DNA of 64,000 bases from Rhizodiscina lignyota (lineage: Eukaryota), in contig ML978130.1 in assembly GCA_010015805.1 (NCBI GenBank), positions 1,178,001-1,242,000 of the forward strand, given 5' to 3'. Shown here piece after piece: positions 24,884-36,494 of the stretch. The position numbers and the translations under genes are program-made. Below the pieces are notes generated by a model, which searched no databases, had not been told where the DNA came from, and saw nothing but the letters and a program-made list of their open reading frames with translations. The stretch's first letter is position 1. Every line of letters begins with the position of its first letter.

Positions 24884-27800
24884 ATGACTTCTATCAAGCG
24901 GTTGTTGAATGATGACGAACAGGTTCCCGATCGTTACGGGCAAATCAACAAAGGGGTCAATTGCATTGGTTTGGACAGCACAGATGAGTTCAGGTAAAAT
25001 CTGCATGGGCGCTGGAAGGCTCTTTGTTAACCAAAACTATTAGTGAGCTTATGGTCTCGATTAACCAATCTTGGCCCGATGTCTGGACCAGCCTGATTGG
25101 ACATGATGCAACCCAAGTATTACAAGATCAGTCAAGCAAAATCCCAGAATGCATTCAGATGCCCTCCATTGCAGAAAATGATATTGAATCGTGGGCTGAT
25201 GGGACATTCTCGTCATCAAGCGAGATGCCCCCAGGAGATCCGGGTATCGCCAATATTCCGATGGACGAAGAGTCACAGAAGCAAGTGCCGGATATCTGCT
25301 ACGGCATGGTAGGTCACTAAATCGTCACTTTAATATTCGCAGTACGCTAATCAGTCGCTGAAGATTTACCGTTCCTCCGTCAAACTTGTGGGCAGTGGGA
25401 CGCACATAGACGAGAGGTTGAAGGCTGCGATGCGAGACCGACGTGATACCCATCAGCTTCTAAACTTGGCAGTTGGTAAAGGGGATCCCACCCAGTTGAC
25501 GTTTACTTTCCCGGATGGCACTGAGTTCGGGATCTTGAACAGCCGTGACACCAGAGGGATACAAGATCTCATGGCCAAATCTCCCAAACCTTCCTTACAC
25601 TTTGAGAGTTTCGATGGATTCACGGAGATCATTCCTCTTCGTGAAGCTCTAGGTAGAGCACTCAATTCTAAGGACGCCATTGCTCGTATAGATATCAACA
25701 TATATGGACCACTTTCTCAGTTCTCTTCAGTTGGAAAGATCCTCTCAGGCCACAAGGTTTTTCTTCAACGCCCTGATCATCAACGGCGAGGAACAGCATA
25801 CAACAATCCGCATATAGTCACATTCCCTGGTATACACATATCTAGTTCTAACGATGTGCCACAGAAACTGGAGAATCTCCAGGCTTCTGTCCCTGATACC
25901 GAGCGCTTTCAGAAAACGATTGCAAATGTCTACGCGTCTCTTAAAAGAAGAACAAACCTTCATCAAGTTGAAGGAAGTCATCTCTTGAAGACGCTATTAC
26001 TTCCGTGGGTACTTTCAACTTATTCTACTCGTATTATTTTATATTGCAAGCGTTGTCTTTCTATTTCGTTCAATGTCCCGCACGCTTAGACCAGCATTTG
26101 ACAATGATCAATAGTCATCAGATGGAAGCACTAGATTTCATGATTCAGCGCGAAGCAGGTCCAATTCCTCCAGAATATCGTCTTTGGAGACCGATGACGG
26201 AAACAATGGAAGGCTGGTACTACATTACTCGCAGCTCCAGATTGAAAAGGTTCTGATATTCTCAGGTTCCGCCACGCAATAACTCATCAGAGAGTCCGCA
26301 CAGAGTGGTCTGAAACTGGAGGTGGTATCCTTGCCGATGAGATGGGAATGGGGAAATCGTTGTCTATCCTCGCACTTGCCGTGAAGACCACAAGAGACGC
26401 ACAGTCCTGGGCGACACTCAGCGACTTGGAGAGTCAGCCCACTCTTAAAGAGCAAAAACGACGTTCATCAGCAACACTGATAATTGTACCATCGGCTTGT
26501 GAGTATCTCACATCTGCAATGTCTTTGCTGGTGGCTAAGCATTATTAGTATTGATTAATAGCTGGGTGAAAGAAGTCAAGAAGTAGGTACTTTGTAAAAT
26601 TCAAGATTCGTGCAACTGCAATATAACACAGCAATATACAGGCACCTCTGCGAAAATGTACGTTTCATTACGTACCACGGCCAAAGGAGAGATCAGGTTT
26701 CACTACACTTTCAGGATGCGGACATAGTTATCACGACATATCATACGCTCGTCGTGGACTTCAAGAATAAGCGTAGTCCTATACATCATACAGAATGGTA
26801 CAGGCTCGTTCTAGATGAAGGTGAGGAAATAATCGCATATTCACAGTCATGTCAAGTCTGACCTGCTCCGCAGCACATATCATTCGACGGCAGTCCACAA
26901 CATTCAATCGAGCCGTATCTGAAGTTTCAGCCCACTCACGCTGGTGTCTAACTGGGACGCCCATACAGAACCGCCTCGATGACATCGGCGCTCTCTTCTC
27001 CTTTATCCGAGTACACCCGTTTGACAGTATTGCAAACTTCCGAAGACATATCTCTATTCCATACGAGGAAAATGGAGAGCGCCGTGATATTGCCCTTCAA
27101 TCGTTCGCCCTGCTACTGGACTCCACCTGCCTCCGAAGAACAAGAGACCTGCTCCAACTGCCCAATCGCCACGATCGACTTCATGTGATCAATTTCACTG
27201 ATCAAGAACGTGATCAGTACAACCAGACAAAGAAGATCATGAACCGCACCTTACGACAACGTGTCGGAGACAGCTTTGTAAAGTCTCGGTTTGGTATGTT
27301 CCAGATACAGCTTCAGCTACGCATCTTCTGCAATCATGGCACCTTTCAACAGAGTTTCGCTTGGGCGAGGCGAAGCTTGCGGGATGAACAGGAGGCTGCC
27401 ATGTGCTTGTTTGGGAACCTGGGAGAGGTACGATGCTCCGCATGCCATCAGGTGGTGCCTATCATGGACTCGAATACCATCTACCGAGCGGATCAGAGGT
27501 CATGTGCGCACACGTTATGCTCTGAATGTGCAGAAGAATCTAGAACCGATCACCCCAGCGAATCTGTAAATGTGATTCAATGTCCGCTCTGCATTGCCAG
27601 CGGATGCCCAGGCTCTCTTGTGCCAGGTGTACAGGGCGAGATCAATGGGAACCATTATTTTCGAACCAATGGCATCTCGTCCAAGATGAAGGCTGTGACT
27701 TCCGATGTTAAAAGAGGTCTGTGGGAGTCTAAAACGTAAGTGCAATCCCATAGTATTTACAGCTGCTCAAGCATACTTATTTCCGTTCGTGCAGGATTGT

Positions 27801-28355
27801 TTTCACAAGCTGGACGCACACTTTAGATTTGGTAGAGAAACATTTCGAGAAGGAATCTATCCCATTCGAACGAATTGATGGGGAGTCCCCTTTACCCCGC
27901 CGACAGAAGATTTTGGATGATTTTGGACGACTGAACACAACGCCGGTATTAATAATGACTACGGGAGTTGGTGCCTTCGGGTAAGATGGGTGTCTCGAGA
28001 CTCCGCTATTATCCGCATCATTTCGAAGCTGACTGTATATAGTCTCAACTTGACATCAGCAAATCGCATATTTCTGGTCGAGCCACAATGGAATCCGAGC
28101 GTGGAAAATCAAGCAATTGCAAGAGCGCAGCGCCTAGGACAGGATCGATCTGTCATTGTCACTCGGTACATGGTCGAAGATACGATTGAACAGGTCAGTG
28201 GAGAAAAAGGTCGTGTATGAGATCGCCCCTTACCATATATACAGGAAATGCTCTCACAGCAAGAGCGTAAGCTCCGGATTGCGGAGCTCGGAAATGCTAC
28301 ACAGAGCAGCGAAGGTCAAATCAGTATTAGTTATGGTGGCGACTGGTCGGCATAA
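24884..28355 (+). CDS. SNF2-family ATPase of Rad5/Rad16 type with inserted C3HC4 RING finger
   Basis: GGILADEMGMGKS, IVITTYHTL, LVLDE|AH, WCLTGTPIQN, RING CSAC...CAHTLCSEC...CPLC, IVFTSW, GLNLTSANRIFLVEPQWNPSVENQAIARAQRLGQ. ATG 24884 (MTSIKRLLN) inferred; about 10 introns including a micro-exon at ~26549-26582. Confidence 0.92.
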
Positions 28356-29031
28356 TAACATAAAAAGACTATATGACAGTTATTAGCTCCCGCCCTCGAT
28401 ATAATTGGCACCTAGATCTTGTCGGAGCACATATGATGTCTTTACGCCATTCTGGCTGCTACGAACTCTATTTGTTTCGAAGTTTTTCGCATACTGCAAT
28501 GCCTTGATCGAACTGTCTTTTATATTGTTTGCACCTTGTCTGCTGAATGGTCAATGTCTTCAACTATCTCATGTCGTAGCAAACAACAATGGCGCTTTGT
28601 TCATCTACTAAAACACAATGTCCAACCAATCAAATTTCTCGATTGCTCTTTGTTAACTTCAAACTATGTATTCCAATCTTCACGCATCATTACTAACTTG
28701 AGAAGTTATATAAGTGATGCTGCGATGGGGGAAGTCTCCTTTTCTTCGGTAACGTGCGCCAGAGCCTCGTTTCGGACCTTGCAGTCTTCGGAGATTGCAA
28801 AGCTCTCCTTGACACCTGTTCGAAACGAAGCTCTACTGGACTCTAAACTGGAAAGATATAGCAGTACTGGAATACTGTATCTCTTTCCTTCTACGTCTGG
28901 CACGTTCACCATTACTACCTAGACGTCGGTTGTCGATGGGCCTATTGGCAGATATTCACTGATCAACGATTTCTTTGGACAAGCTCGTAGCTTCTGGAAC
29001 GGATTGGACAAGTTTGCTCAACAGTACCACG

Positions 29032-31470
29032 ATGCCTCCTTCCACATTGCTCTCTCTCCGGGTGGAGGCCCTTTCAGGTGGCCCCCTTTTCTCGCACTAT
29101 CCGAATGTATCTACAGCCACCTTTAAGCCTGCACGCCTTCTACCGACGAGCTGTCTCGCCGTTGCTTTTCCGCATTGGCCATCCCGCACGATGGGTGAGT
29201 TTGCACGTTTTGCCTCTTCGATACGAGGTGAAGGCCCAGCTCACAACAGCAACGGGAGCGAGAAACTCCCTCTCGGTAAGCAAGACAACATCTGGTGGAG
29301 TGATACGAGAGCTAATAATGAGAAATTCAAGTTGGACAACATCGTTGAGAAGATAGAAGAGCCCACGGCGCTCTCGTACTCAGAATGGGACACGCCACTC
29401 AAGTCCAGCGATATGATGCCGAAGAACATTAACCAAGTAGTCTGTGGCCCAGCTCCAGTGGCTTTGAAGACGCAGATTGGATTTGCTGACTATCACGGCC
29501 AATCCTCCCCTTCCTCGGTGTATGATGCGGCGTCTGCTTTCGCTACGACCTTCACAGCTGGAGTTCAGGGAACGGGAATGGAAAGGGCGATTCTGGCAAA
29601 TGTGGCCTCGGAGTACGAGGAGCTCGTTTCTAATGCCTGGGCTCAAGAGCCACTACCCGCTCCGAAGTCTCTTCCCCAAGTAACGAGAATCTCTGCTCGT
29701 CTACAGAGAATAGCACCTCCAGCACTTGCCCTTAGCAATCTCCAGGCACAGTTAGCTGTTCCCCTGCGTAAGAGCAGGTATCAGCCAGTGAAGAGAATTC
29801 CTCCTCGCTTGTGCGATAGACCTCCACCTCCCCCACCGCGCAAGAGGAGGTCCGGTTCAGCCGTGAGGGTTTCTGCTCGTAATAAAAAGCGAGCACCAAC
29901 ACCTTTCCCCCTCCGCAAGAAGAACGGTAAAGCGCCAGCGCAATCCTTTTCTCGCCGACCGATCGCTCCCATTAGAAACGTAAGCTCGCTTACTAAGTTA
30001 GTTGACGACGAGTTAACTCGCGTTGCAGAGGAAGAGCGTCAATGGCAGAAGGCGAAGAACGCGTGGGTGACCAAGACAAAGGCAAGGATCGATGCCTTGA
30101 GGGTGGTCCCAGACGGATTTGAGGACGACAGCGATGAGGAATCAAGAGCGGAGACGTGTTATAAGTCCTTCTTAACCATCTCTTCCGCCGATATGGTTCC
30201 CGCCGAGCTAGCTCAAGCGGAAGATGAGAGCGATGACAAGCCCATAGCGAAGAGGTGTTACAAGTCGTTCTCAACCATATCTTCTGGCGATCTGATTCTC
30301 GCTCAGCTAGCTCCAGCGTCACCGGAATCATATATCTGGTATACTTGCCCATCAGACAATGTTGAACTGTCCGGCTTGTCGAGCTATTCATGCCCGAGAT
30401 CAATGCCTAATCCATTCGATTCCTCTATGGCACCAGCGAGCGGCTCGCCATCGGTTTATTCATGTGTATCTTCGATTTCGGGTTCCTCATCATCCCGCTT
30501 AGGTGACGATGATGGAGTGGTTGCTGAGCACATGACAATGGCCCAGATACTGCCCACTTCATCCACACTGCTTCCGCCCGTGCACTACGCATCGGATACT
30601 GTCAAGCTGGTTCACCCTAAACCAGTCTATCCCGTCAAACTCAGCAATCTCGAAGCGGGTATCCTCGACGATGCAGTCCCGAATGTCGCACTCTGTGTTG
30701 CCTCCCCAGAGAAGAACGAGCTTTTCGCAATTGGCGAAAATGATGACGAGGAACAAGGTAAGTCTCCAACGTCAGTGAAGCCTGTGGCGCCTCTGGCATC
30801 AATGAGGGCCCAGACGACAGGTGCCGTTAACCGGAGTGAGATCTTGCGACTGATCCTTTCAGGATCCGGTGCATTCGCTTCTGAGAGTATTCGTCCACTT
30901 TCCGTCTTCACTGCCAAAATTATCATTCCTAACGCCGCTGCGAGTGGCTGGTCCGGTGATATTATGCTCCCGGTAAGCAACGCTCCTCATCGCTCGTCTT
31001 CGCGCAAGGCAGCTTCCGCTGTTGAAAAGAAAGGTAAGTCGCCGGCTGTCGATGAGCGGCAGCCTGCCCCTCAGAACCCTCTTGCTATCCCTCCCCGCCC
31101 ACCTGTCGCTGAGACTACGCCTCTCCTTGCACGAGGTGAGATTGGAAGCGCCTCCGAGGACTTGGAGATATCCGAGTATCTTGGTCTGCATCCGACCCTC
31201 TGTGCTGGCATCGCACCACAGTTGCTTGCTGGCATCCAGAATCAAATGGAACAGTTGCATGAGTGTCTTTGCTCGCCCATAGATTTCGGCTACGAAGGCG
31301 ACGAGGATGACTGGACACCTCCGTATATACCTGACCAGTCTAAATCATCGCCCTTGGTGTCTACTTCCGAGCAGGAGCCATGGATACACAGGTTGGTCAA
31401 TGGTTTGCGTGAGAATGTGGGTAACCTCTTTCCAACAAAGGAGGTTCGACGTGTTAGGTCGGGTGCATGA
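29032..31470 (+). CDS. large Ser/Pro-rich, probably disordered hypothetical protein
   Basis: Uninterrupted ~810-aa ORF with basic patches (PRKRR, RNKKR) and an internal 33-aa duplication; start uncertain (29032 or 29191). Confidence 0.7.
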   Translation: MPPSTLLSLRVEALSGGPLFSHYPNVSTATFKPARLLPTSCLAVAFPHWPSRTMGEFARFASSIRGEGPAHNSNGSEKLPLGKQDNIWWSDTRANNEKFKLDNIVEKIEEPTALSYSEWDTPLKSSDMMPKNINQVVCGPAPVALKTQIGFADYHGQSSPSSVYDAASAFATTFTAGVQGTGMERAILANVASEYEELVSNAWAQEPLPAPKSLPQVTRISARLQRIAPPALALSNLQAQLAVPLRKSRYQPVKRIPPRLCDRPPPPPPRKRRSGSAVRVSARNKKRAPTPFPLRKKNGKAPAQSFSRRPIAPIRNVSSLTKLVDDELTRVAEEERQWQKAKNAWVTKTKARIDALRVVPDGFEDDSDEESRAETCYKSFLTISSADMVPAELAQAEDESDDKPIAKRCYKSFSTISSGDLILAQLAPASPESYIWYTCPSDNVELSGLSSYSCPRSMPNPFDSSMAPASGSPSVYSCVSSISGSSSSRLGDDDGVVAEHMTMAQILPTSSTLLPPVHYASDTVKLVHPKPVYPVKLSNLEAGILDDAVPNVALCVASPEKNELFAIGENDDEEQGKSPTSVKPVAPLASMRAQTTGAVNRSEILRLILSGSGAFASESIRPLSVFTAKIIIPNAAASGWSGDIMLPVSNAPHRSSSRKAASAVEKKGKSPAVDERQPAPQNPLAIPPRPPVAETTPLLARGEIGSASEDLEISEYLGLHPTLCAGIAPQLLAGIQNQMEQLHECLCSPIDFGYEGDEDDWTPPYIPDQSKSSPLVSTSEQEPWIHRLVNGLRENVGNLFPTKEVRRVRSGA
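30121..30318 (+). repeat. diverged 99-bp in-frame tandem duplication
   Basis: EDDSDEESRAETCYKSFLTISSADMVPAELAQA versus EDESDDKPIAKRCYKSFSTISSGDLILAQLAPA; also visible at the nucleotide level. Confidence 0.85.
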
Positions 31471-32044
31471 TTTCTTTTGTTATTTTCGTGTCGCTTTGTT
31501 GTTGTGTCTTCAATGGCTTCCATCTCTCTTGGCGTCAAGGCGTTCATGTCTGGTATTGGGAAATATATATAATGAAAACAGCCACTTAATATGATATTGA
31601 TGTCATGTTCAGATTTTTAATGCGCTCGTGAATTATCCCGTAAGAGTCCTTGTCCTCCATATAGATCCTCGTTGGCTCTTGGATGCGCTGCTGTAATATA
31701 GTGTGAGTCGAAGGGAGACATAATGAGAACGACTTTAGTAATCATACGGGGTACTGAATAGTGTCACGAAGTGAGATGGTAAATTTATTGCCGCGCCGCA
31801 GAAGTGGAGCTGTAATACGGAGTAAGAACCTTCAGGACACCGTAATCACGCTACTGTAATCTCCCCGAGCCCCTATCTGCGTTGTCTTATCAGGAAACAG
31901 AACCCCTACGTGCCTCAACGCGTGCCCATTATGTATCGTAGTACATACATCGTGCATGTTGATCAACTGTTTTTGTGATATTAGGTCTCCTTTCGCTTGA
32001 GCTTGAATTCAGCGCCAAAGTCGGTGCAGTTCCAGACGAACAAA

Positions 32045-33043
32045 ATGGGCGTTCGCTACATTTATACAAGAGAGCAATTAGAGCAGTACTTCAGTCGCAT
32101 TTCTATTCCTGAAAGCAAGCGTGTTTACAGTGTTTCATCTCTTTCAGATCCGGATAAACTCAATTTTCTCGATATTCTTCAAAAGCATCAGCTCGTCAAG
32201 GTACCTTGGGAAAACCTTACGCAACACTACTCATGGCACCGTGTCATCAACATCCGACCGACTTACCTCTTCAAGAAGATTGTCACTAAACCCGGAGTGG
32301 GAGGCTATTGTATGGAAGCCAATTACTTCTTCCACCTCATCTTGTACAATCTCGGCTTCGATGTGTACATGGCAGGCTCGCGAATCTATCACGCAGACAC
32401 GGGGCGGTACGGAGGTTGGACGCATGTAGTCAACATCGTTACTCTTGGCGACAAGAAATACTTACTTGATGGTGGCATGGGTCCGAACGGCCCTCACTGT
32501 CCCGTGCCCTTGGAACCGGGAGTGACTCTTACGCAGGTCGATCCGGGACGGATGCGGCTCGATTACGAGCCCATAGGACAAAATCTGGACCGTTCGCAGA
32601 AAATCTGGGTGTTCAAGCACAGCTACGATCACACCATGGAGCTGGAGCCAGTGTATTGCTTTACGGACCTGGAGTTCTTACCAGAGGACGTTGAGAGCAT
32701 GAATTTCGAACCGATGCTGGACAAACAGACCTTCTTCACTCACAAAGTTGTCTGCGTTCGCTTCACGACTGACAAAGAAACGGATACAGAGCTTGGACCA
32801 GGGTCTCCAAATGAAGTGGCCTTGGAGGGTGAAATAGATGGGTCATTGGCACTCAATCACGATGTATTGAAGTGGCGGAGGCGGGGCAATAAGGTTCTCG
32901 AGATACCATTGAAGACTGAAGAAGAGCGCTTGGCAGCTCTGAAGAGGTACTTTGGCATCTCTTTTGAGCCTGAGGATATTGAGTCGATCCATGGCACTGC
33001 GGCTCAGCTTGGCCCTGTAGCCAAACAGGGTGGGCCTGCATGA
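32045..33043 (+). CDS. arylamine N-acetyltransferase family protein
   Basis: VPWENL, GGYCMEAN (Cys), THVVNIV (His), YLLDGG (Asp) catalytic triad; intronless. Confidence 0.93.
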   Translation: MGVRYIYTREQLEQYFSRISIPESKRVYSVSSLSDPDKLNFLDILQKHQLVKVPWENLTQHYSWHRVINIRPTYLFKKIVTKPGVGGYCMEANYFFHLILYNLGFDVYMAGSRIYHADTGRYGGWTHVVNIVTLGDKKYLLDGGMGPNGPHCPVPLEPGVTLTQVDPGRMRLDYEPIGQNLDRSQKIWVFKHSYDHTMELEPVYCFTDLEFLPEDVESMNFEPMLDKQTFFTHKVVCVRFTTDKETDTELGPGSPNEVALEGEIDGSLALNHDVLKWRRRGNKVLEIPLKTEEERLAALKRYFGISFEPEDIESIHGTAAQLGPVAKQGGPA

Positions 33044-34280
33044 AGAAGTCCGCATGCAATGGTGTCTCAACTTCTGGGACCGATGGCGACATAGACTAGC
33101 CGTTTCTTGATTCGACTTCTAGACTTCTTGGGCGGCCTTGGAGGATGTCGCATTGTACACGAGAGTTGGCCATTGTGGGGACGCATTGGCAGATGACCGA
33201 AAATTCGCTTCCCCCGGTTTTCATTTTCTCTACTAGAGCTCTACGGGGCAGAGAATATTCTATTGATGATCAGGAAGAGTAATATTAGCCGCAGAGCCTT
33301 CTTGATCGTCACCCTCTTGCAATTTCATCTTCGGATTCCAGAGGTCATCTTTAGTCCCTTTCGCCATATCGGTCGACCGACATACGGAGAACGACGCTAC
33401 CGCTGCAAAGAGGGCAGCGTGGTAGTCACTTGGGCCCTGCAGTCTTTCCAACTTCCTTCACCTTCATTCCATGATTCCATTCCGCGGATCCCACAAGTTC
33501 ACCACAGTCAGCAGTGAGGACAACGGTGCGTCCGGCCCCTGCAACCACGAGCGTTAGCGGGCATTACCCGGAGATAATTGCGGCTAGCGAGTCAAGATTT
33601 ACCCCGTGCCCGCTTCCCCAGACTGAGGTGGACCCACTTCTTCCCCCAGCCTTTTCCATCACGCGAAACCATTTCACGGCAAAGCGCTCACTCCTCTCTT
33701 GACCGATCGGCATTATCGTTCGACGCCCAACCGGTACCAGCCTCCCACCCGTCTCACCGATTGGCCAACCATGGCCGTGGCTCGTCGCCATCCGCGGCTG
33801 CCTCATGTCCGCTGCCGAATTCTCGTTGCTCATTGGGCTTTCGTGACGCTTTCACTCCACTCTGGTCTAGATTATCTTCCCCAGGTGACGAGTCAGTAAC
33901 TCCATGTTAGCTTGAGCGTTCACGCACGTTGTCCCGCTTGCATGCTCGCGGAGCTGTTCCACTGATTGGGCCAAAAAGAACGCGACGCGTTGTTGTCTGC
34001 CCTATCCATCGACCTCGTCCAATGTTTCATATGCCGGGCGGAGTTCTAACCGGGATCTCACTCGTTCAATCTGAAAAATACCCTTAGTCCTCTCGGTTCT
34101 CCACGATTCAGTTTGTTCTCGTTCCCCGCTCTCAGTAAGCGGTTTGGTAGGTCCCATAAGTACGGGTCTGTTCGTACTCTTGTCACTGCACCTCGCTTCT
34201 TCAGTGACTCTCCAACCTAGCACATCTAGAGCAGGTATTTCGTTTGATCTACACTTTGTTATCAACTCTAATCGGACGTC

Positions 34281-36223
34281 ATGTTCAAAAAGAAGCGAGA
34301 TACAGAGGCCCAAGAGGTTGGGGCCCACGCGGCAGAGGGAAACAATTACAATTTCATGGTCGTCTTCTTCGCGGCCCTTGGATCCTTCACATATGGCTAC
34401 AACTCATCTATTATCGGATCTGTCTTCGGACTGCCGGCATTCTTCGATTACTTCGACATCTCACTCACTGGTCCCAACGCACAGAAAGGAAACGATTATA
34501 TCGGAGGTAGGACTTGCTCTCTTCGACGGCAAGGTTCTTCGCTGACTCTTCTTTCTTAGCTGCGAATGGCTTATTTGCCGGCGGTGGGGTCATTGGAGCG
34601 CTCTTGATCGCGCCATCCTTGAATAGACTGGGTCGAAAACTTACAATCCAAATCATCTGCGCTGTCTGTGTCGTCTCTGCTGCGATTCAAGGTGGCTCAG
34701 TGCACATCGCTATGTTCTTGGTTGGTAAGTAACCCTACTAGTCAAATTCATTGAAAAGGTGCACTAATTTGCTGCTTCAGGTCGCTTCCTCAACGGCTTT
34801 GGAGTTGGCATGATGCAAGTATCAGTTCCAATCTACCAATCAGAGTTATCTCCGGCGAAGCAGCGAGGCCGTCTTGTTGGTGCGCATGGTGTGCTCATTG
34901 TCTGCGGTTATGTAAGGATTGATGCTGAGCCCCCTGATTATGTTAAATTTGCTAATTCGACTTGAAAGGGTATGGCTGCTTGGACTGGCTTGGGCTGCTT
35001 CTTTGCAGTAGACCAGGTTCAGTGGCGCCTTTGCTTGAGCCTGCAAATTGTGGCACCACTAGCTCTTCTAATCGGATCTCCCTGGCTCCCAGAATCTCCG
35101 CGATGGCTTTTGTCACATAACAGGGAGCAAGAAGGTCTCGAGGTTCTTGAACGGCTGCACGTCCGTCCCGGTGACCCGACCGCTATTGCCGCCAAGGAAG
35201 AATACTACCAGATTCGAAAGCAGATTGAACTCGAAAACCAAACCGGCGTTACGTCGCTGTGGGGCATGCTGCAGAGAAGGTCTTACCGCAAACGCATTCT
35301 TTGTGGACTCTTGGTGCAGTAAGTAGCTCTACTCTTCAAAAGGGTCGGCAAGCGTGCTAAAGAAGAATCTTCCAGATGTGCAGCGCAATCGACGGGTGTC
35401 CTTGTCATCAACAACTATCAAGTGCTTCTCTACAATAATTTGGGACTCTTTGGATGGCTTCCGCTGCTCCTTTACGCCATTTATACCAGCTGGGCTGCCT
35501 TCATGAACTGGGTCAACTCAATGCTACTCGATAGACTGGGGCGCAAGCCAATTATCATTTTCGGTCTCTCTGGATGTATCGCTATGATGTGCATCGAAAC
35601 CGCAATGGTCGCAGAGTACGCAGGAACAGGGAACCGAGCAGGTACGTGGCGAAGCCTAAACATAAAGCGATTTACCGCTGACAACATACAGGTAATGCGA
35701 TGGGTGTCCTCTTCCTCTTCCTGTTTGTCACATTCTACGGCGGAAGCCAGGATGCTAGTAGCTACGTCTACTGTGCAGAAATTTTCCCAACTGGAGTGAG
35801 AGCGCAAGGATTAGGAACCTCCATCGCCGGATTGTTCGCATCGGTGAGTAGCCTTGTCAGGCTAAGAAATCCTCCGCTAACCATTCGGTTGTGTTGTAGA
35901 CCCTGCTGTACACCGAAGCCGCTCCGGTTGCATTCGCAGATGTCGGTTGGAAGTACTACCTCGTCTTTATCCTCGTACCCGCTGCTTGCGTCCCGCTCCA
36001 GTACATTTTCCTTCCCGAAACAAACGGCCTAGCGCTCGAGGAAATTGCTGCGAAATTCGGCGATGAAGTTGCTGTCGACTTGTCGCATTTGAGCGAGGAG
36101 AGGCGGAGAGCACTCGATGAGAGTCTCATGGCTGTTGGGGTGGATCTTGTTGGAACTCCACCCAGTGATGTTGAGGGCAAGATTCATACGTCAGTGGAAG
36201 AAAAATCTGAGGTCATCATCTGA
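34281..36223 (+). CDS. MFS sugar-porter family transporter
   Basis: GSFTYGYNSSIIG, NRLGRK, YQSELSPAKQRG, WLPESPRWL, DRLGRK, AEIFPTGVRA, LPETNGLALEE; six introns. Confidence 0.95.
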
Positions 36224-36494
36224 GATTCATTATCACGCCCGGTGGACCCTTTTGATTCAGTCTGATACCACTTGTGTAAGCTGGTTGTACACGGCCAATA
36301 TTAATATGTCCAAGGAAATACAAGGCCAACAGCGCTGAACTTCCAGTCTCGACTTGCATGCTTCATGATTCAGTTTCTTTTTGAGTGATGAATTTCTCGC
36401 CACAGCACTGTGCCATGATCAGTTCTTGTACAGTTTAATACTCTTCAACGAGAATCACGAACCGCCACTCCATTAATGACCATCAACAAAGCCT

